This document shows positions 1-12,728 of a stretch of 64,000 bases of DNA, one piece after another; position 1 is the first letter of the stretch, and every line of letters starts with the position of its first letter. Location of the stretch: contig CAVWLP010000003.1 in assembly GCA_963755915.1 (NCBI GenBank), forward strand, positions 1,056,001 through 1,120,000, written 5' to 3'. The notes under the pieces were generated by a model. The model had not been told where the DNA came from and searched no databases. It saw only the letters and a program-made list of their open reading frames with translations. A program made the translations under genes and the position numbers. Origin of the DNA: an uncultured Phycisphaerales bacterium. Lineage in GTDB: Bacteria > Planctomycetota > Phycisphaerae > Tepidisphaerales > Tepidisphaeraceae.

Positions 1-1233
1 TGGATTTTGATTTTCTTACGCCGGTGGATCGAGTGTGTATCGCGGGGAGGGCGTTTTGGTTTTATATGGTGAAGCTCTTTTGGCCGGGGCGGTTGATGTT
101 TATTTATCCGCACTGGGTGGTGGATCCGGGGGAGAGGCCGGGGTGGTTTGTTTATCCGGTGGCTGCGATTGGGTTGATTTTGGGATTGTGGCTTCTGCGC
201 GGCGCATCGGCGCGGGCGCTCGCCGGGGTTTTGTTTTATGGGGTGACGCTCGTGCCGGCGATGGGGTTCGTGAATGTTTTTCCGATGCGGTATTCGTATG
301 TGGCGGATCATTTTCAGTATCTGGCGGGGATTGGGATTATTGTGGTGGTGGTGAGTGGTGTGGCGAGGATTGGAGCGGGGCAACGGGCGATTCATGTTGG
401 GATGGTGGCAGTGGTGATTGCGTCGCTGTGTGTTGCGAGCAATCTGCATGCGCGGATTTTTTTGGATCGGAAGACGCTTTGGGGGAATACGGTCGCGATG
501 AATCCTGGATCGCCGATGGCACATAACAACTATGGGGCGGCGCTGGTGGATGCGGGGGATTTTGCGGGGGCGATGGGGCAGTTTCGGTTGGTGATGGATC
601 GCTGGCCATCCGCGGCGGACTGGACGGGGATGGGGGAATGCTATGCGATGCGGGGGGATTATGTGACGGCGAAGGAGTTTTATCTCAAGGCGATTGAGGC
701 GGAGCCGGGGTCGGATGAAACGGTGTTTCGGCGATTGCGCGCGGGGGGGAATTTCAACTGGGGACGGCGTATCAGGGGTTGGCGGAAGAGTTTCCTGCGG
801 ATGCCGGAAATATCGGGGGCTGGCGGCGGAGGCTTATGAGCGGGCGATTGCGCTTTATCCTGAGTTCGAAACGCCGAGGATTAACCTGGCGGTGACGCTG
901 ATTGATCTGGGGGAGTATTCGCGGGCCATTCAGCAGTGTCAGGCGATATTGGATGTGAATCCGGATTCGGGGGCGGCGTATCGGAACTGGGGGATGGCGT
1001 ATTATGAGCAGGGGGAATTGGGGGAGGCGCTGGAGAGGTATCAGAGGTCGCTGGAGTTGGAGCCGGAGAATGCGGGGGCGATGGCGAGCGCGGGGGGGAT
1101 TTTGGTGCAGATGGGGAGAATTGATGAAGGGGTGGAGATGTTGCATCGGGCGATGGGGATTGATCCGAAGAATGAGATTGCGCGGCAGAATTTGGGGGCG
1201 GCGATGCAATTGAAGATGCAGACGCGGCCGTGA
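1..1233 (+). CDS. Membrane protein with C-terminal TPR repeats (TMTC-like), 5' partial, frameshifted near 750-840
   Basis: Hydrophobic N-part with YSYVADHFQY motif in ORF 24..839; TPR helices (AHNNYGAAL, AYRNWGMAY) continue in ORF 694..1233. Confidence 0.75.
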
Positions 1234-1247
1234 GGGTTGGGGGGGAA

Positions 1248-1278
1248 GAAAGCGCTCCCCTGCGGGTCGCGGCTAAAC
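1248..1278. repeat. REP-like intergenic repeat, family A copy 1
   Basis: GAAAGCGCTCCCCTGCGGGTCGCGGCTAAAC, 30/31 identical to 5979-6009; both lie between convergent genes. Confidence 0.8.
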
Positions 1279-1284
1279 AATTTG

Positions 1285-3429
1285 TCAGGCGGGTTGGAGG
1301 CCGGCGAATTCGAGGATGAGGGTTTTTCGGCCGGAGGTGGGGAAATCTACGATGGCGCGGTTGTTGGAGAGGTTGAGGATTTTGCCGACACCGAAACGGG
1401 GGTGGCGGACGGATTGGCCGACGTGGAGGTCGCCGGGAATTGGGTCGGGGTCGATTTCGCCGGGGTCGTGGGTCGTCACGTTCATGAAGTCGCGGGGCAT
1501 TTGGCCCAGGAATTGGCTGGTGACGGTTGTGCCGGAGAGGCCGCGGATGGTGCGGCGGGCGGCTTTGGAAAGAATCAGGCGCTGCTGGGCGCGGGTGATG
1601 CCTACGAAGCAGAGGCGGCGTTCTTCTTCGAGCTGGTCGACGCTCTCCATCGCGCGGGCGTGAGGGAGACACCCTTCTTCCAGGCCGATCATGGCGACCA
1701 CCGGAAACTCCAGGCCCTTGGCGGCGTGGAGGGTCATGAGGGTGACCGCCCCACCGCTGCCGTCCATGTGATCGACGTCACTGACGAGGCTGACTTCGCC
1801 GAGATATTCTTCGAGGGTTCCTTCCGGGTGCTGCTTGTCGAACTCGGCGGCGGCGGAGACGAGTTCGGCGACGTTGGCGAGCTCGTTTTCGGCGTCGGGG
1901 TCTTCCTTACGGAGCATTTCCTCGATGCCGGTGCGCTTCAGGACGGCTTCCATGAGGGTGCGCATGTTGTGGGCGACGCCGTTGGGAGGGGTTTGGAGAT
2001 TCTCGATGAGGTTGACGAAATTTGCCGTGGAATTCACCGCGCGGGTGGAGAGGCCGGGGACGACGGCGGCTTGTTTCATGGATTGCCACAGGGATTGACC
2101 GTGGCCGACGGCGTGGGTTTGGATGAGCTTGACGCTGGCGTCGCCGATGCCGCGGGTGGGGACGTTGACGATGCGGGTGAGGCTGACTTCGTCGGAGGGG
2201 TTGGAGATTAGTCTCAGGTAGGCGAGGACGTCTTTGATTTCCTTGCGGTTGTAGAACTCTACGCCGCGGGCGATCTGGTAGGGAACCTGCTTGCGGCGGA
2301 GGGCGTCTTCCATGACGCGGGAGAGGGAGTTCATGCGGTAGAAGATGGCCATTTCGCTCCAGTCGATTCCTTTCTCGTGGAGGCGGATGAGCTGTTCGGC
2401 GACGGCCCAGGCTTCGTCGTGCTCGTCGCGGCAGAGGAGGACCTGGGCTTTTTCGCCGTCGTCGTTTTCGGTCCAGAGTCGCTTTTCCTTGCGGCGGAGG
2501 TTGTGGCCGATGAGATGCTCGGCGATGGCGAGGATGACCTTGGTGGAGCGGTAGTTTTGCTCGAGGCGGATGACGGTGGCGTCGGGGTAGTCTTTTTCGA
2601 AGTCGAGGATGTTGGCGATGTCGGCGCCGCGCCAGGCGTAGATGGATTGGTCGGGGTCGCCGACGACGCAGATGTTGCGGTGCTTCATCGCCAGGGCGTG
2701 GACGAGGACGTATTGGGCGTGGTTGGTGTCCTGGTATTCGTCCACCAGGATGTAGCGGAAGCGATCCTGGAGGTCGGCCATGATTTCGGGATGGTTTTTC
2801 ATGGCGCGGACGGTGCGGAGGAGGAGGTCGTCGAAATCGAGGGCGTTGGCGGCGGTGAGGAGCTGCTGATATTTGCGGAAGATGCGGGAGACGACTTCGC
2901 TGTAGCGGTCTTTGATGGAGAGGGCATATTCTTCGGCGTCGATGAGGCGGTTTTTGGCGTTGCTGATGGTGCCGTGGATCATGCCGGGGGTGGCGTTGCC
3001 GAGGGGGATGTCGAGCATTTTGATGGCGTCTTTGATGAGCTTGGACTGGTCGGCGGAGTCGTAGACGGTGAAGTTGGGGGGCAGGCCGACGGCGGTTGCG
3101 TAGTGCTTGAGGATGCGGAGGCAGAGGGAGTGGAAGGTGCAGATGATGGGCCAGGGCTGATCGAGGCGGCCCCAGTCGCGGATGGGGCGAGGCGAGCTGG
3201 TGGAGATGCGGTGTTTCATCTCGCCGGCGGCTTTGTTGGTGAAGGTGATGGCGAGAATGGAGCGGGGGTCAATGCCGATGTTCATGAGGTAAGCGACGCG
3301 GCGGGTGATGACGCGGGTTTTGCCGCTGCCCGCGGCGGCGATGATAAGCAGAGGACCATCCACGTGGGTGACGGCTTGGAGCTGAGGGGCGGTGAGGTCG
3401 GCGAGGATTGGATCAGGTTGATCCGGCAT
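1285..3429 (-). CDS. pcrA: UvrD/PcrA family DNA helicase
   Basis: AAAGSGKT, ITFTNKAA, VDEYQD, VGDPDQSIY, TLHAAKGLEF, EERRLCFVGITRA; C-terminal VRHPRFGVG domain. Confidence 0.95.
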   Translation of the reverse strand: MPDQPDPILADLTAPQLQAVTHVDGPLLIIAAAGSGKTRVITRRVAYLMNIGIDPRSILAITFTNKAAGEMKHRISTSSPRPIRDWGRLDQPWPIICTFHSLCLRILKHYATAVGLPPNFTVYDSADQSKLIKDAIKMLDIPLGNATPGMIHGTISNAKNRLIDAEEYALSIKDRYSEVVSRIFRKYQQLLTAANALDFDDLLLRTVRAMKNHPEIMADLQDRFRYILVDEYQDTNHAQYVLVHALAMKHRNICVVGDPDQSIYAWRGADIANILDFEKDYPDATVIRLEQNYRSTKVILAIAEHLIGHNLRRKEKRLWTENDDGEKAQVLLCRDEHDEAWAVAEQLIRLHEKGIDWSEMAIFYRMNSLSRVMEDALRRKQVPYQIARGVEFYNRKEIKDVLAYLRLISNPSDEVSLTRIVNVPTRGIGDASVKLIQTHAVGHGQSLWQSMKQAAVVPGLSTRAVNSTANFVNLIENLQTPPNGVAHNMRTLMEAVLKRTGIEEMLRKEDPDAENELANVAELVSAAAEFDKQHPEGTLEEYLGEVSLVSDVDHMDGSGGAVTLMTLHAAKGLEFPVVAMIGLEEGCLPHARAMESVDQLEEERRLCFVGITRAQQRLILSKAARRTIRGLSGTTVTSQFLGQMPRDFMNVTTHDPGEIDPDPIPGDLHVGQSVRHPRFGVGKILNLSNNRAIVDFPTSGRKTLILEFAGLQPA

Positions 3430-3452
3430 GATTGAACTATAGCGGTGGAGTG

Positions 3453-3572
3453 GGGAAATTCGAAATCCGAAACTCGAATGACGAATCAAATCCGAAACTC
3501 GAATGACGAAAAAATGGGGTATTTCGTCATTCTGGTTTGAATCATCATTCTGGTTTCTGGTTTCGGGTTTCC
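3453..3572. repeat. Imperfect inverted repeat built from ~7-bp units
   Basis: Left arm GAAATTCGAAATCCGAAACTCGAATGACGAATCAAATCCGAAACTCGAATGACGAAA mirrors right arm TTTCGTCATTCTGGTTTGAATCATCATTCTGGTTTCTGGTTTCGGGTTTCC. Confidence 0.7.
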
Positions 3573-3593
3573 GCGGCGGTAAGATTTGTACGA

Positions 3594-4783
3594 ATGCCTG
3601 GACCCCGCATTAATCTCAGCTCGACTCCTGAAAAAGCAGACCGCGGCGATCCGTGGGTGACGGGATTTCTTTTGCCGGTTTGTACGGTGCGGTGTGATTC
3701 TTCGACGCTGCGATCCATCGCGCGGGTGGGGGAGAGCGTGATTCGGGAGTGGGACGATCCGCTGGAGGCGCTGGATTGGATTTCGCGGACGTTTTGGCCG
3801 GGGGAGGGGCGGTGGATTGGATTTTTGGGGTTTGATCTGGGGGGGTTGTTTGAGGAGTTGCCGAGGCGGGCTGTGGATGATTTGGGGTTGCCGCTGTTTG
3901 TGTTTACGTATTGCCGGCCGGTGGGAGAGAGAGGGGCGGGCGTGGAGGAGGATTATGGGCGGGGGGAGGAGGCGCTGTCTTCGAATTTTTCGCGCGGGGC
4001 ATATGAGAAGGCGGTGGAGCGGGCGCTGCGGTATATCGGGGAGGGGGATATTTTTCAGGTGAATCTGGCGCAGCGGTTTTCGGCGGGGTTGCGGGCGCAT
4101 CCGGGGGAAATTTATCGGAGGCTGGTAGGGGAATCGCCTGCGGCATATGGGGCGTATCTGGGGTATGAGGATTTTGCGATTATCTCGAATTCGCCGGAGC
4201 TTTTTTTGCGGGTGACGCCGGACCGGAAGGTTGTGACGCGGCCGATCAAGGGGACGCGACCTGCAATGGATGGGATGGAGGGGGAGCTGCGCGAATCGGG
4301 GAAGGATCAGGCGGAATTGAACATGATCGTCGATCTGGAGAGGAATGATCTGGGGCGGGTATGTGAAGTGGGGAGCATTGAGGTTGTTGAGGCGCGGGCG
4401 ATTGAGAGGCATGGGAGCGTGTTTCATGGGGTGGCGACGGTGCGGGGGACTTTGCGGCCGGAGGTGGGGTTTGTCGATCTGCTGCGGGCGACGTTTCCGG
4501 GGGGAGCGTGACGGGGGCGCCGAAGATTCGGGCGATTGAGATTATCGATGAGCTGGAGCCGGTGCGGAGGGGGCCGTACTGCGGGGCGATTGGGTATTTG
4601 GATTCTAGCGGGTTGATTGAATTCAATGTCGCGATTCGAACGATGGTGGCGAAGGCGGGGAAAATTTATATTCCTGTGGGGGCGGGGATTGTCGCGGATT
4701 CTGATCCGGTGCGGGAATATGAGGAGACACTGGTGAAAGCGAAGGCTATGTTTGCGGCGGCCGGTGTCGAAATGGAAATGTGA
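3594..4783 (+). CDS. pabB: Aminodeoxychorismate synthase component I (chorismate-binding family), frameshift near 4505
   Basis: GDIFQVNL, SPELFL, PIKGTRP, KDQAELNMIVDLERNDLGRVC, (S)VTGAPKIRA, FNVAIRT. Confidence 0.85.
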
Positions 4784-4801
4784 CGCCTGTTTGGTTATCG
4801 A

Positions 4802-4850
4802 CCCCCCTCCTCTACCCTCCCCCGGAGTACCGGGGGCGGGGGTTAAGAGA
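4802..4850. repeat. Palindromic intergenic repeat, family B copy 1
   Basis: CCCTCCCCCGG-AGTA-CCGGGGGCGGG core; near-identical inverted copy at 52757-52804, partial copy at 9298-9330. Confidence 0.8.
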
Positions 4851-4868
4851 AATTCGAAGGGATGAAGG

Positions 4869-5957
4869 ATGATATTGAGCACAATTTTGAGCGCGCTGGA
4901 AGAAATTGCTCCGCTGGGGCTGGCGGAATCGTGGGATAATGTGGGGCTGCTGGTAGGGGATCCGAAGCAGGAGGTCAATCGGATTTTGTTGACGATTGAT
5001 TATTCGCCTGAAGTCGCGAAGGAGGCGGCTGAACAGCGGTGCGATCTGGTGATTGCGTATCATCCGCCGATTTTTAAGGCGTTGAAAAGGATCGTGGCGG
5101 GGAGTGGGATTTTTGAGGCGGTTCGAAAAGGCATCGCGATTTATTCGCCGCATACGGCGCTGGATGTGGCGGAGGGGGGAACGAATGACATGCTGGCGGA
5201 TGTGCTGGGGTTGACGGATCGGAAGCCGCTTAGGGCGGCGGAGGGGAAGGGGGCGGAATATAAGCTGGTGGTGTTTGTGCCGATCGAGGTGGTGGACAAG
5301 GTGAGCACGGCGATGTTTGAGGCGGGGGCGGGGCATATCGGGAATTATTCATCATGCAGTTTCAGGTCGACGGGATTGGGGACTTTTTTTGGGGAGAAGG
5401 GGTCGCATCCGACGCTTGGGCAGACGGGAAGGCTGGAACATGCGGATGAGATTCGGCTGGAGACGGTCGTTCCGGTTGAGAAGACGGAAGCGGTGGTGAG
5501 CGCGATGCGGGGGAGTCATCCGTATGAGGAGCCGGCGTTTGATTTGATCGTTTTGGCGCCGAAGATGGCGGATCGGGGGCAGGGGAAAATCGGGGGGATC
5601 CCCCCTACCGCTCGGCGGGAGCTGTTTGAGCGGATCAAGCGGGGGCTGGAGATTGAGCATCTGCTGATCGCGGGGCCGATGGAGGGAGAGGTTAAACGCG
5701 GGGCGGTGTGCGCGGGGTCGTGCGGGGAGTTTCTGGAGAATGCGATCGCGGGAGGGGCGGAGGTATATCTCACGGGAGAATTGCGGCATCACGATGCGGC
5801 GCGGGCGGCGGCAGCGGGGATGACGGTGGTGTGTACACTGCATTCGAATAGCGAGCGCGGGGTTTTGAAGAGGCTGAAGAAGCGGATAGAGGAGCGGGAG
5901 GGGATGGTGGAGATTCTGGTGAGTGAGAAGGATCGGGATCCGTTTTTGGTTCGGTGA
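4869..5957 (+). CDS. Nif3-like dinuclear metal centre protein (YqfO/YbgI type with PII-like insertion)
   Basis: AESWDNVGLLVG, YHPPIF, HTALD, GHIGNYSSCSF, HPYEEPAFD, TGELRHH. Confidence 0.92.
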   Translation: MILSTILSALEEIAPLGLAESWDNVGLLVGDPKQEVNRILLTIDYSPEVAKEAAEQRCDLVIAYHPPIFKALKRIVAGSGIFEAVRKGIAIYSPHTALDVAEGGTNDMLADVLGLTDRKPLRAAEGKGAEYKLVVFVPIEVVDKVSTAMFEAGAGHIGNYSSCSFRSTGLGTFFGEKGSHPTLGQTGRLEHADEIRLETVVPVEKTEAVVSAMRGSHPYEEPAFDLIVLAPKMADRGQGKIGGIPPTARRELFERIKRGLEIEHLLIAGPMEGEVKRGAVCAGSCGEFLENAIAGGAEVYLTGELRHHDAARAAAAGMTVVCTLHSNSERGVLKRLKKRIEEREGMVEILVSEKDRDPFLVR

Positions 5958-5978
5958 CTAAGGGAATTGCACCGCACG

Positions 5979-6009
5979 GAAAGCGCTCCCCTTCGGGTCG
6001 CGGCTAAAC
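5979..6009. repeat. REP-like intergenic repeat, family A copy 2
   Basis: GAAAGCGCTCCCCTTCGGGTCGCGGCTAAAC. Confidence 0.8.
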
Positions 6010-6034
6010 GGGGAGAGGGTGGATGGGGGATTTG

Positions 6035-6799
6035 CTATTGTCCGTAGGGGCCTTCGATGACGTTCCACTCTGGGGTGGTTGGGGGGAGGGTGAAATCCTT
6101 GTCGCTGACGCCGGTGTTGAGTTTCACATTGGCCAAATCCGTCGTGCGTGTCGTCGTTTGGTTGATGTCGAGGGTTTGAATTCGGCGCGGCATGGCCGAT
6201 TGGGTTTCGACCCAGACGTCGATGGTTTTGAAATCTTTGGCCATTTCCGTGCCGTCTTTGGGGGTGAGCTGGAGATGGACGGTGCCGGGGGGATCATCTG
6301 AGGTCGGGCCTACTCGGGCGACGGTGAAAATTTTCAGGACGTCTTCGCGTTTTTGGCCGAGGGGGAGGGGGAATGGGCCTTCGCCGAGCTTGAAGAGGTC
6401 GACGTTCTGTCCCGGCTTGAGGAGCTGGCCTTTGTTTTCGTGCTTGAGCTGGTAGTCGCGGTCGTCGAGGACGCCGTTGTCGAGGACGTATTCGTGATCC
6501 TGGGGTGTTATCAGGTTATCGACCTGTTTTTTGGTGAAGGCGACGCGGATGCGGACGTCGGTGGGGCTTTTTCGCTGGAGGACGACGGAGCCGATGCTCA
6601 TGTGGGTATCGCCGGTGTCGGTGGCGGTGTCGGTGAGGGTGACGTCGGCGGAGAAATCGCGCAGGCCGGTACCGCGGGCGTCGAGGGCGTCGAGGATCTG
6701 GTCGGTGGTGGAATTGTTTGAAAGCGTCGGCTGGGTGGTTGGGCCGGCGACGGTGGTGCAGGCGGCGGTCAGGACAAAGAGGAAAATCCATTTTCGCAT
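6035..6799 (-). CDS. Exported LolA-like protein
   Basis: Signal peptide MRKWIFLFVLTAAC; DFSADV, HLQLTPK, IDVWV..MPRRI, NVKLNTGVSDKDF resemble the LolA fold. Confidence 0.6.
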   Translation of the reverse strand: MRKWIFLFVLTAACTTVAGPTTQPTLSNNSTTDQILDALDARGTGLRDFSADVTLTDTATDTGDTHMSIGSVVLQRKSPTDVRIRVAFTKKQVDNLITPQDHEYVLDNGVLDDRDYQLKHENKGQLLKPGQNVDLFKLGEGPFPLPLGQKREDVLKIFTVARVGPTSDDPPGTVHLQLTPKDGTEMAKDFKTIDVWVETQSAMPRRIQTLDINQTTTRTTDLANVKLNTGVSDKDFTLPPTTPEWNVIEGPYGQ

Positions 6800-6804
6800 G
6801 AGGG

Positions 6805-7407
6805 CTATCTCCGAATACGTTTCAATAATTCGCACAGTTCGGGCAGATTGGCGACGGTCATCCAGGGCTCGGCGTCGAAATGGCGCGGCTTGTTGTGGCT
6901 GATCCAGACGGATCGGATCCCGGCGGCCGCGGCAGATTCGATGTCGTATTGGCCGTCGCCGACCATCCATGCATCAACGGATTCTATGCCTAATCGGCGG
7001 CAGGCGAGATGGAGGGGGGCGGGGCTGGGCTTGAAGAGACCGTCGTCGCGGGTGATCCGGACGGTGATTTGCAGGCTGTGACGGCGGATGACGGTGTCGG
7101 CACATTGGCGGCAGTTGCGGGTGACGAGGGCGACGGGGATTTTTCATGCGCGAGCCAGTTGAGGAGATCGCGGCAGCCGGGGTTGAGGGTCGATTTTTCG
7201 GCGGCGAGCTCTTCGTGGCGGAGGAGAACCCGTTCCGCCTGGCGCCGGCGGGCGTCGTCGAGAAGGGCGAGGGATTCGAGGATGGGGCCGTCGCCGATGC
7301 CCATGTCGGACTTGATGCGCGGGAAATCGAGCATGGGTTCGGTGAGGGTGCCGTCCATGTCGAAGAGGATGGCGCAGGGGGAAATCGATTTTGATGGGTT
7401 TGGTCAC
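6805..7407 (-). CDS. HAD-family hydrolase, frameshifted
   Basis: ILFDMDGTL motif I, KP motif, WMVGDGQYD motif IV across frames; TAG at 6805. Confidence 0.8.
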
Positions 7408-7435
7408 GTCGGCGCGCGAGTATAACATTGCGAGG

Positions 7436-8425
7436 ATGACCCAGAAACCGGATTGGCGAAAGCTGCACGGAGATCACTTTTCCGGGCAGCCGGTTCTCGT
7501 GACTGGGGGGGCGGGGTTTATTGGGTCGCATCTGGCGATTGCACTTAACGAACTCGGCGCGAAGGTGACGGTTCTGGATGATCTTTCGGGAGGCGGGGAT
7601 CCGAAGGCGCTTGCGGGGGGGATTGAGTTTGTGCAGGGGTCGATTTTGGATTTGGGGCTGCTCGAGAAGTGTGTGCGCGGGCGGGAAGCGGTGTTTCATC
7701 AGGCGGCACTGGGGTCGGTGCCGCAGAGTATTGTGGAGCCGGTGAGGTATCAGGAGGTTAATTCTACGGGGACTTTGAATGTGCTGGAGACGGCGAGGAA
7801 GTGCGGGGTGAGGCGGGTGATGTTTGCGGCGAGCAGCAGTGCCTATGGGGATGCGCCGGAGTTGCCGAAGGTGGAGACGATGGCGGCGCAGCCGCGGAGC
7901 CCGTATGCGGCGACGAAGGTGGCGGGCGAAGCGATGTTGGGGGCGTATGCGGCGGGGATGGGGGTGGATGCGGTGAGCTTGAGGTATTTCAATATTTTTG
8001 GGCCGCGGCAGTCGGCGACCAGCGCGTATGCGGCGGTGATCGCGGCGTTTGCCAAGGCGATGCTATCGGGCAGGAGGCCGACGATTTACGGGGACGGGGA
8101 GCAATCGCGGGATTTTACGTATGTTGATAACGTGGTTCATGCGAATCTCCTTGCGGCGCGGCGAAAGGAGCCATTGGGGGGAAAGATCGTCAATATCGCG
8201 TGTGGGGTGCGGATTTCGGTGAATGAACTGGCTTTTCGGATGGGCAAATGGCTTGGGCGGGAGGATTTAAAGCCGGATTATGCGGCGGAGCGCGCGGGGG
8301 ATGTGAAACATTCGCTGGCGGAATTAACGCGTGCGAAGAATTTGCTGGGGTATGAGCCGATAGTGGATTTTGGTGCGGGGCTCGACGAGACAATGACGTG
8401 GTATCGCGCTGCGCGAGAGAGTTGA
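7436..8425 (+). CDS. NAD-dependent nucleotide-sugar 4-epimerase (extended SDR, WbpP-like)
   Basis: GGAGFIGS, HQAALGSVP, YAATK, YFNIFGPRQ, GDGEQSRDF. Confidence 0.92.
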   Translation: MTQKPDWRKLHGDHFSGQPVLVTGGAGFIGSHLAIALNELGAKVTVLDDLSGGGDPKALAGGIEFVQGSILDLGLLEKCVRGREAVFHQAALGSVPQSIVEPVRYQEVNSTGTLNVLETARKCGVRRVMFAASSSAYGDAPELPKVETMAAQPRSPYAATKVAGEAMLGAYAAGMGVDAVSLRYFNIFGPRQSATSAYAAVIAAFAKAMLSGRRPTIYGDGEQSRDFTYVDNVVHANLLAARRKEPLGGKIVNIACGVRISVNELAFRMGKWLGREDLKPDYAAERAGDVKHSLAELTRAKNLLGYEPIVDFGAGLDETMTWYRAARES

Positions 8426-8514
8426 AAGTAGAAAGTAGAAAGTGGAGGAGAACTTGGTGGGAGGTTCCGGTTCTGGGGTTTAGGAGGTATGATGGGTGAG
8501 GAAGGAGCCTGAAG

Positions 8515-9283
8515 TTGGCAAAACGAACGCCGCTTGCGGAAAAATTGGACCGGATTCGCGATCGGATCGCGGAGGCGGCGGGGAAGACCAAGCGCGAGCC
8601 GGGGGAGATTACGCTGATCGCGGTGACGAAGACGGCCGCGCCGGAGCAGATTCGGGAAGTGCTGCAGCTTGGGCGTGGTCGATCTTGGCGAGAGCCGGGT
8701 GCAGGTGCTGACGCAGCGGGCGGCGCAGCTTAACGAATTTTATCAGAGGCGGGTGATTCACGGGGACGGGCAGCCGGCACAGAAAATTCGCTGGCATATG
8801 ATCGGGCATCTTCAGCGAAACAAGGTGAAGCGCTTTTGCCGCTGGTGCAGATGATTCACAGCATCGACAGCCTGCGGCTGGCGGAAGAGCTGGATATCCA
8901 GGCGGCGCGGCTGGCGGAAAAGACTTCCGGTACTTTTGCAGGTGAATACATCGGAGGAGTCGTCGAAGTTCGGGGTGGCGGTGGGAGCGGCGGTGCATCT
9001 GGCGGAGCAGATTGATTCGATGCCGAATTTGCAGATGCGCGGGCTGATGGCGATGGGGCCGCTGGAGGCGCCGGAGAAGAAGGTTCAACATGCGTTCACC
9101 AGGGCGAGAGAGATTTTTGAGGAAATGAAGTGGCACAAGATCGGCGGGGCGGGGCTGAAGCACCTGAGCATGGGAATGAGCCATGATTTTGAGCTGGCGA
9201 TCGCGGAAGGGTCGACGATGGTGAGGATTGGGACGGAGTTGTTCGGGGGGAATGTGGTGGAGGCGGATGAGATAGCGGAGTGA
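8515..9283 (+). CDS. yggS: PLP homeostasis protein YggS, frameshifted
   Basis: LIAVTK, GESRVQ, WHMIGHLQRNK, QVNTSEESSKFG, LSMGMSHDF, VRIGTELFG. Confidence 0.9.
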
Positions 9284-9297
9284 TATCGTAAGATGCG

Positions 9298-9330
9298 CCT
9301 CCCTCCCCTCGGAGTACCGGAGGCGGGGAA
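9298..9330. repeat. Palindromic repeat family B, partial copy
   Basis: CCTCCCTCCCCTCGGAGTACCGGAGGCGGGG. Confidence 0.6.
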
Positions 9331-9336
9331 AACAAA

Positions 9337-9591
9337 ATGGACTTCTTTGAATTTTTTCGGTGGGTGCTGGGAACGGTGGTGACGATTTATGCGACGGTGA
9401 CGACGGCGCAGTCGGTATATGGGTGGTGGATTTATTTCGGCGGAGAGGGAAATATATATCACTGGTGCGGCGGTATCTTATGCTGCAGGGGTTGCGGCTG
9501 CGGATCGAACGTTTGGGGGGGATGTGCGGTGTGCATGCTGCTGTGCGGTGGTTTGGGTTTTGTTGTTGCGGGCGCACCACCTGGTGAGTGA
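9337..9591 (+). CDS. Small hypothetical membrane protein, frameshifted
   Basis: MDFFEFFRWVLGTVVTIYATV hydrophobic start, codon style like neighbours. Confidence 0.55.
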   Translation: MDFFEFFRWVLGTVVTIYATVTTAQSVYGWWIYFGGEGNIYHWCGGILCCRGCGCGSNVWGGCAVCMLLCGGLGFVVAGAPPGE

Positions 9592-9615
9592 GGATCGATC
9601 CTTATAATCACGTGG

Positions 9616-10484
9616 ATGGACGAATCGAATCGACAACTCGATGAAGGCGTCGCCGGGGACGGGAGATCGTGGTGACCGGCGCGGCAACGCCGGTCGCGGG
9701 GCAGTCGCCGGACCGGCAGCTTTCGGAGCTGCCGAAGGATGAGCTGGCGAATCTGGCGGAGACGCTGGGGCTGGATGCGACGCGATATAAGACGCAGCAA
9801 TTGCTGGTGAGCGGCAGTGCATGAGCGGCGGCAATTGATCGCGGGGATGGATCGAGCAGTCGATGCTGGATGTGGTGCGATGGGGACGTCGGCCGGTGAC
9901 GACAGATGCGCGGCAAGGAGCAGATTGCGCAGGAGATCGCGCGGATTCGGTCGATGCGGTTCGCGGGATTGTACGCGGCGGGGGCTGGTGGTGCTGGCGC
10001 GGCTGCGGGGGGTGGATGCGTCGCGAGGCGGATTCGGTGCCTGCGGTGGTTCGAAGGCTGAGGAAGCAGGAGGGATTTTTCAGCCGGCTGAATCGAAGGC
10101 GGCGGGCGGTGCTGGGGGGGATGGTGGCGACGATCGTGGGGGAGAATGTTTCCGAATTCGGATTACAAGTTTCTGCCGGACCGGCATGACGGGGGGCGCG
10201 AAGGCGGCGTCGATCAAGGAGGAGATCGAAGAGTCGGGGCTGTTTGGGGGGATCAGCAACAGGCTGAAGAAGAGCGCGGATGTTTTTCTCAACCAGAAGC
10301 TGGATGAGATCGAAGGCGCGGATCGACCGGAAGCTCGATGAGATCGACAGGCGGCTGGCGGAGTGGAGGGATAAGGAGATCGCGAATCGGATCAGGATTC
10401 TGAAGATCACGCTTTGGGCGAGCGTGATCGTGGGGATCATTTCGCTGATTTATGCGTATGTGAAGGTTTATTTGTGCGCAGTAA
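9616..10484 (+). CDS. Hypothetical protein with C-terminal coiled coil and TM anchor, multiple frameshifts, end approximate
   Basis: Fragments join into one protein ending KLDEIEARIDRKLDEIDRRLAEWRDKEIANRIRILKITLWASVIVGIISLIYAYV. Confidence 0.6.
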
Positions 10485-10489
10485 AAGAA

Positions 10490-10519
10490 AAAGCCCCAGC
10501 ATGGAAATGCTGGGGCTTT
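10490..10519. terminator. Bidirectional intrinsic terminator
   Basis: AAAGCCCCAGCAT-GGAA-ATGCTGGGGCTTT between convergent genes. Confidence 0.85.
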
Positions 10520-10546
10520 CATAAAGGGAAATTTACAACTTCCCGA

Positions 10547-12728
<2,182 letters not shown>

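Noticed and set aside
1237-3435. Long antisense ORFs (also 11108-12406, 30555-31943, 43856-45250)
   Set aside because: Shadow frames of high-GC genes with no family motifs
3453-3510. CRISPR array
   Set aside because: Short tandem units without unique spacers and no cas genes
4869-5957. PII-like domain as regulator of the GS cluster
   Set aside because: It is the usual insertion of YqfO-type Nif3 proteins, with no evidence of linkage
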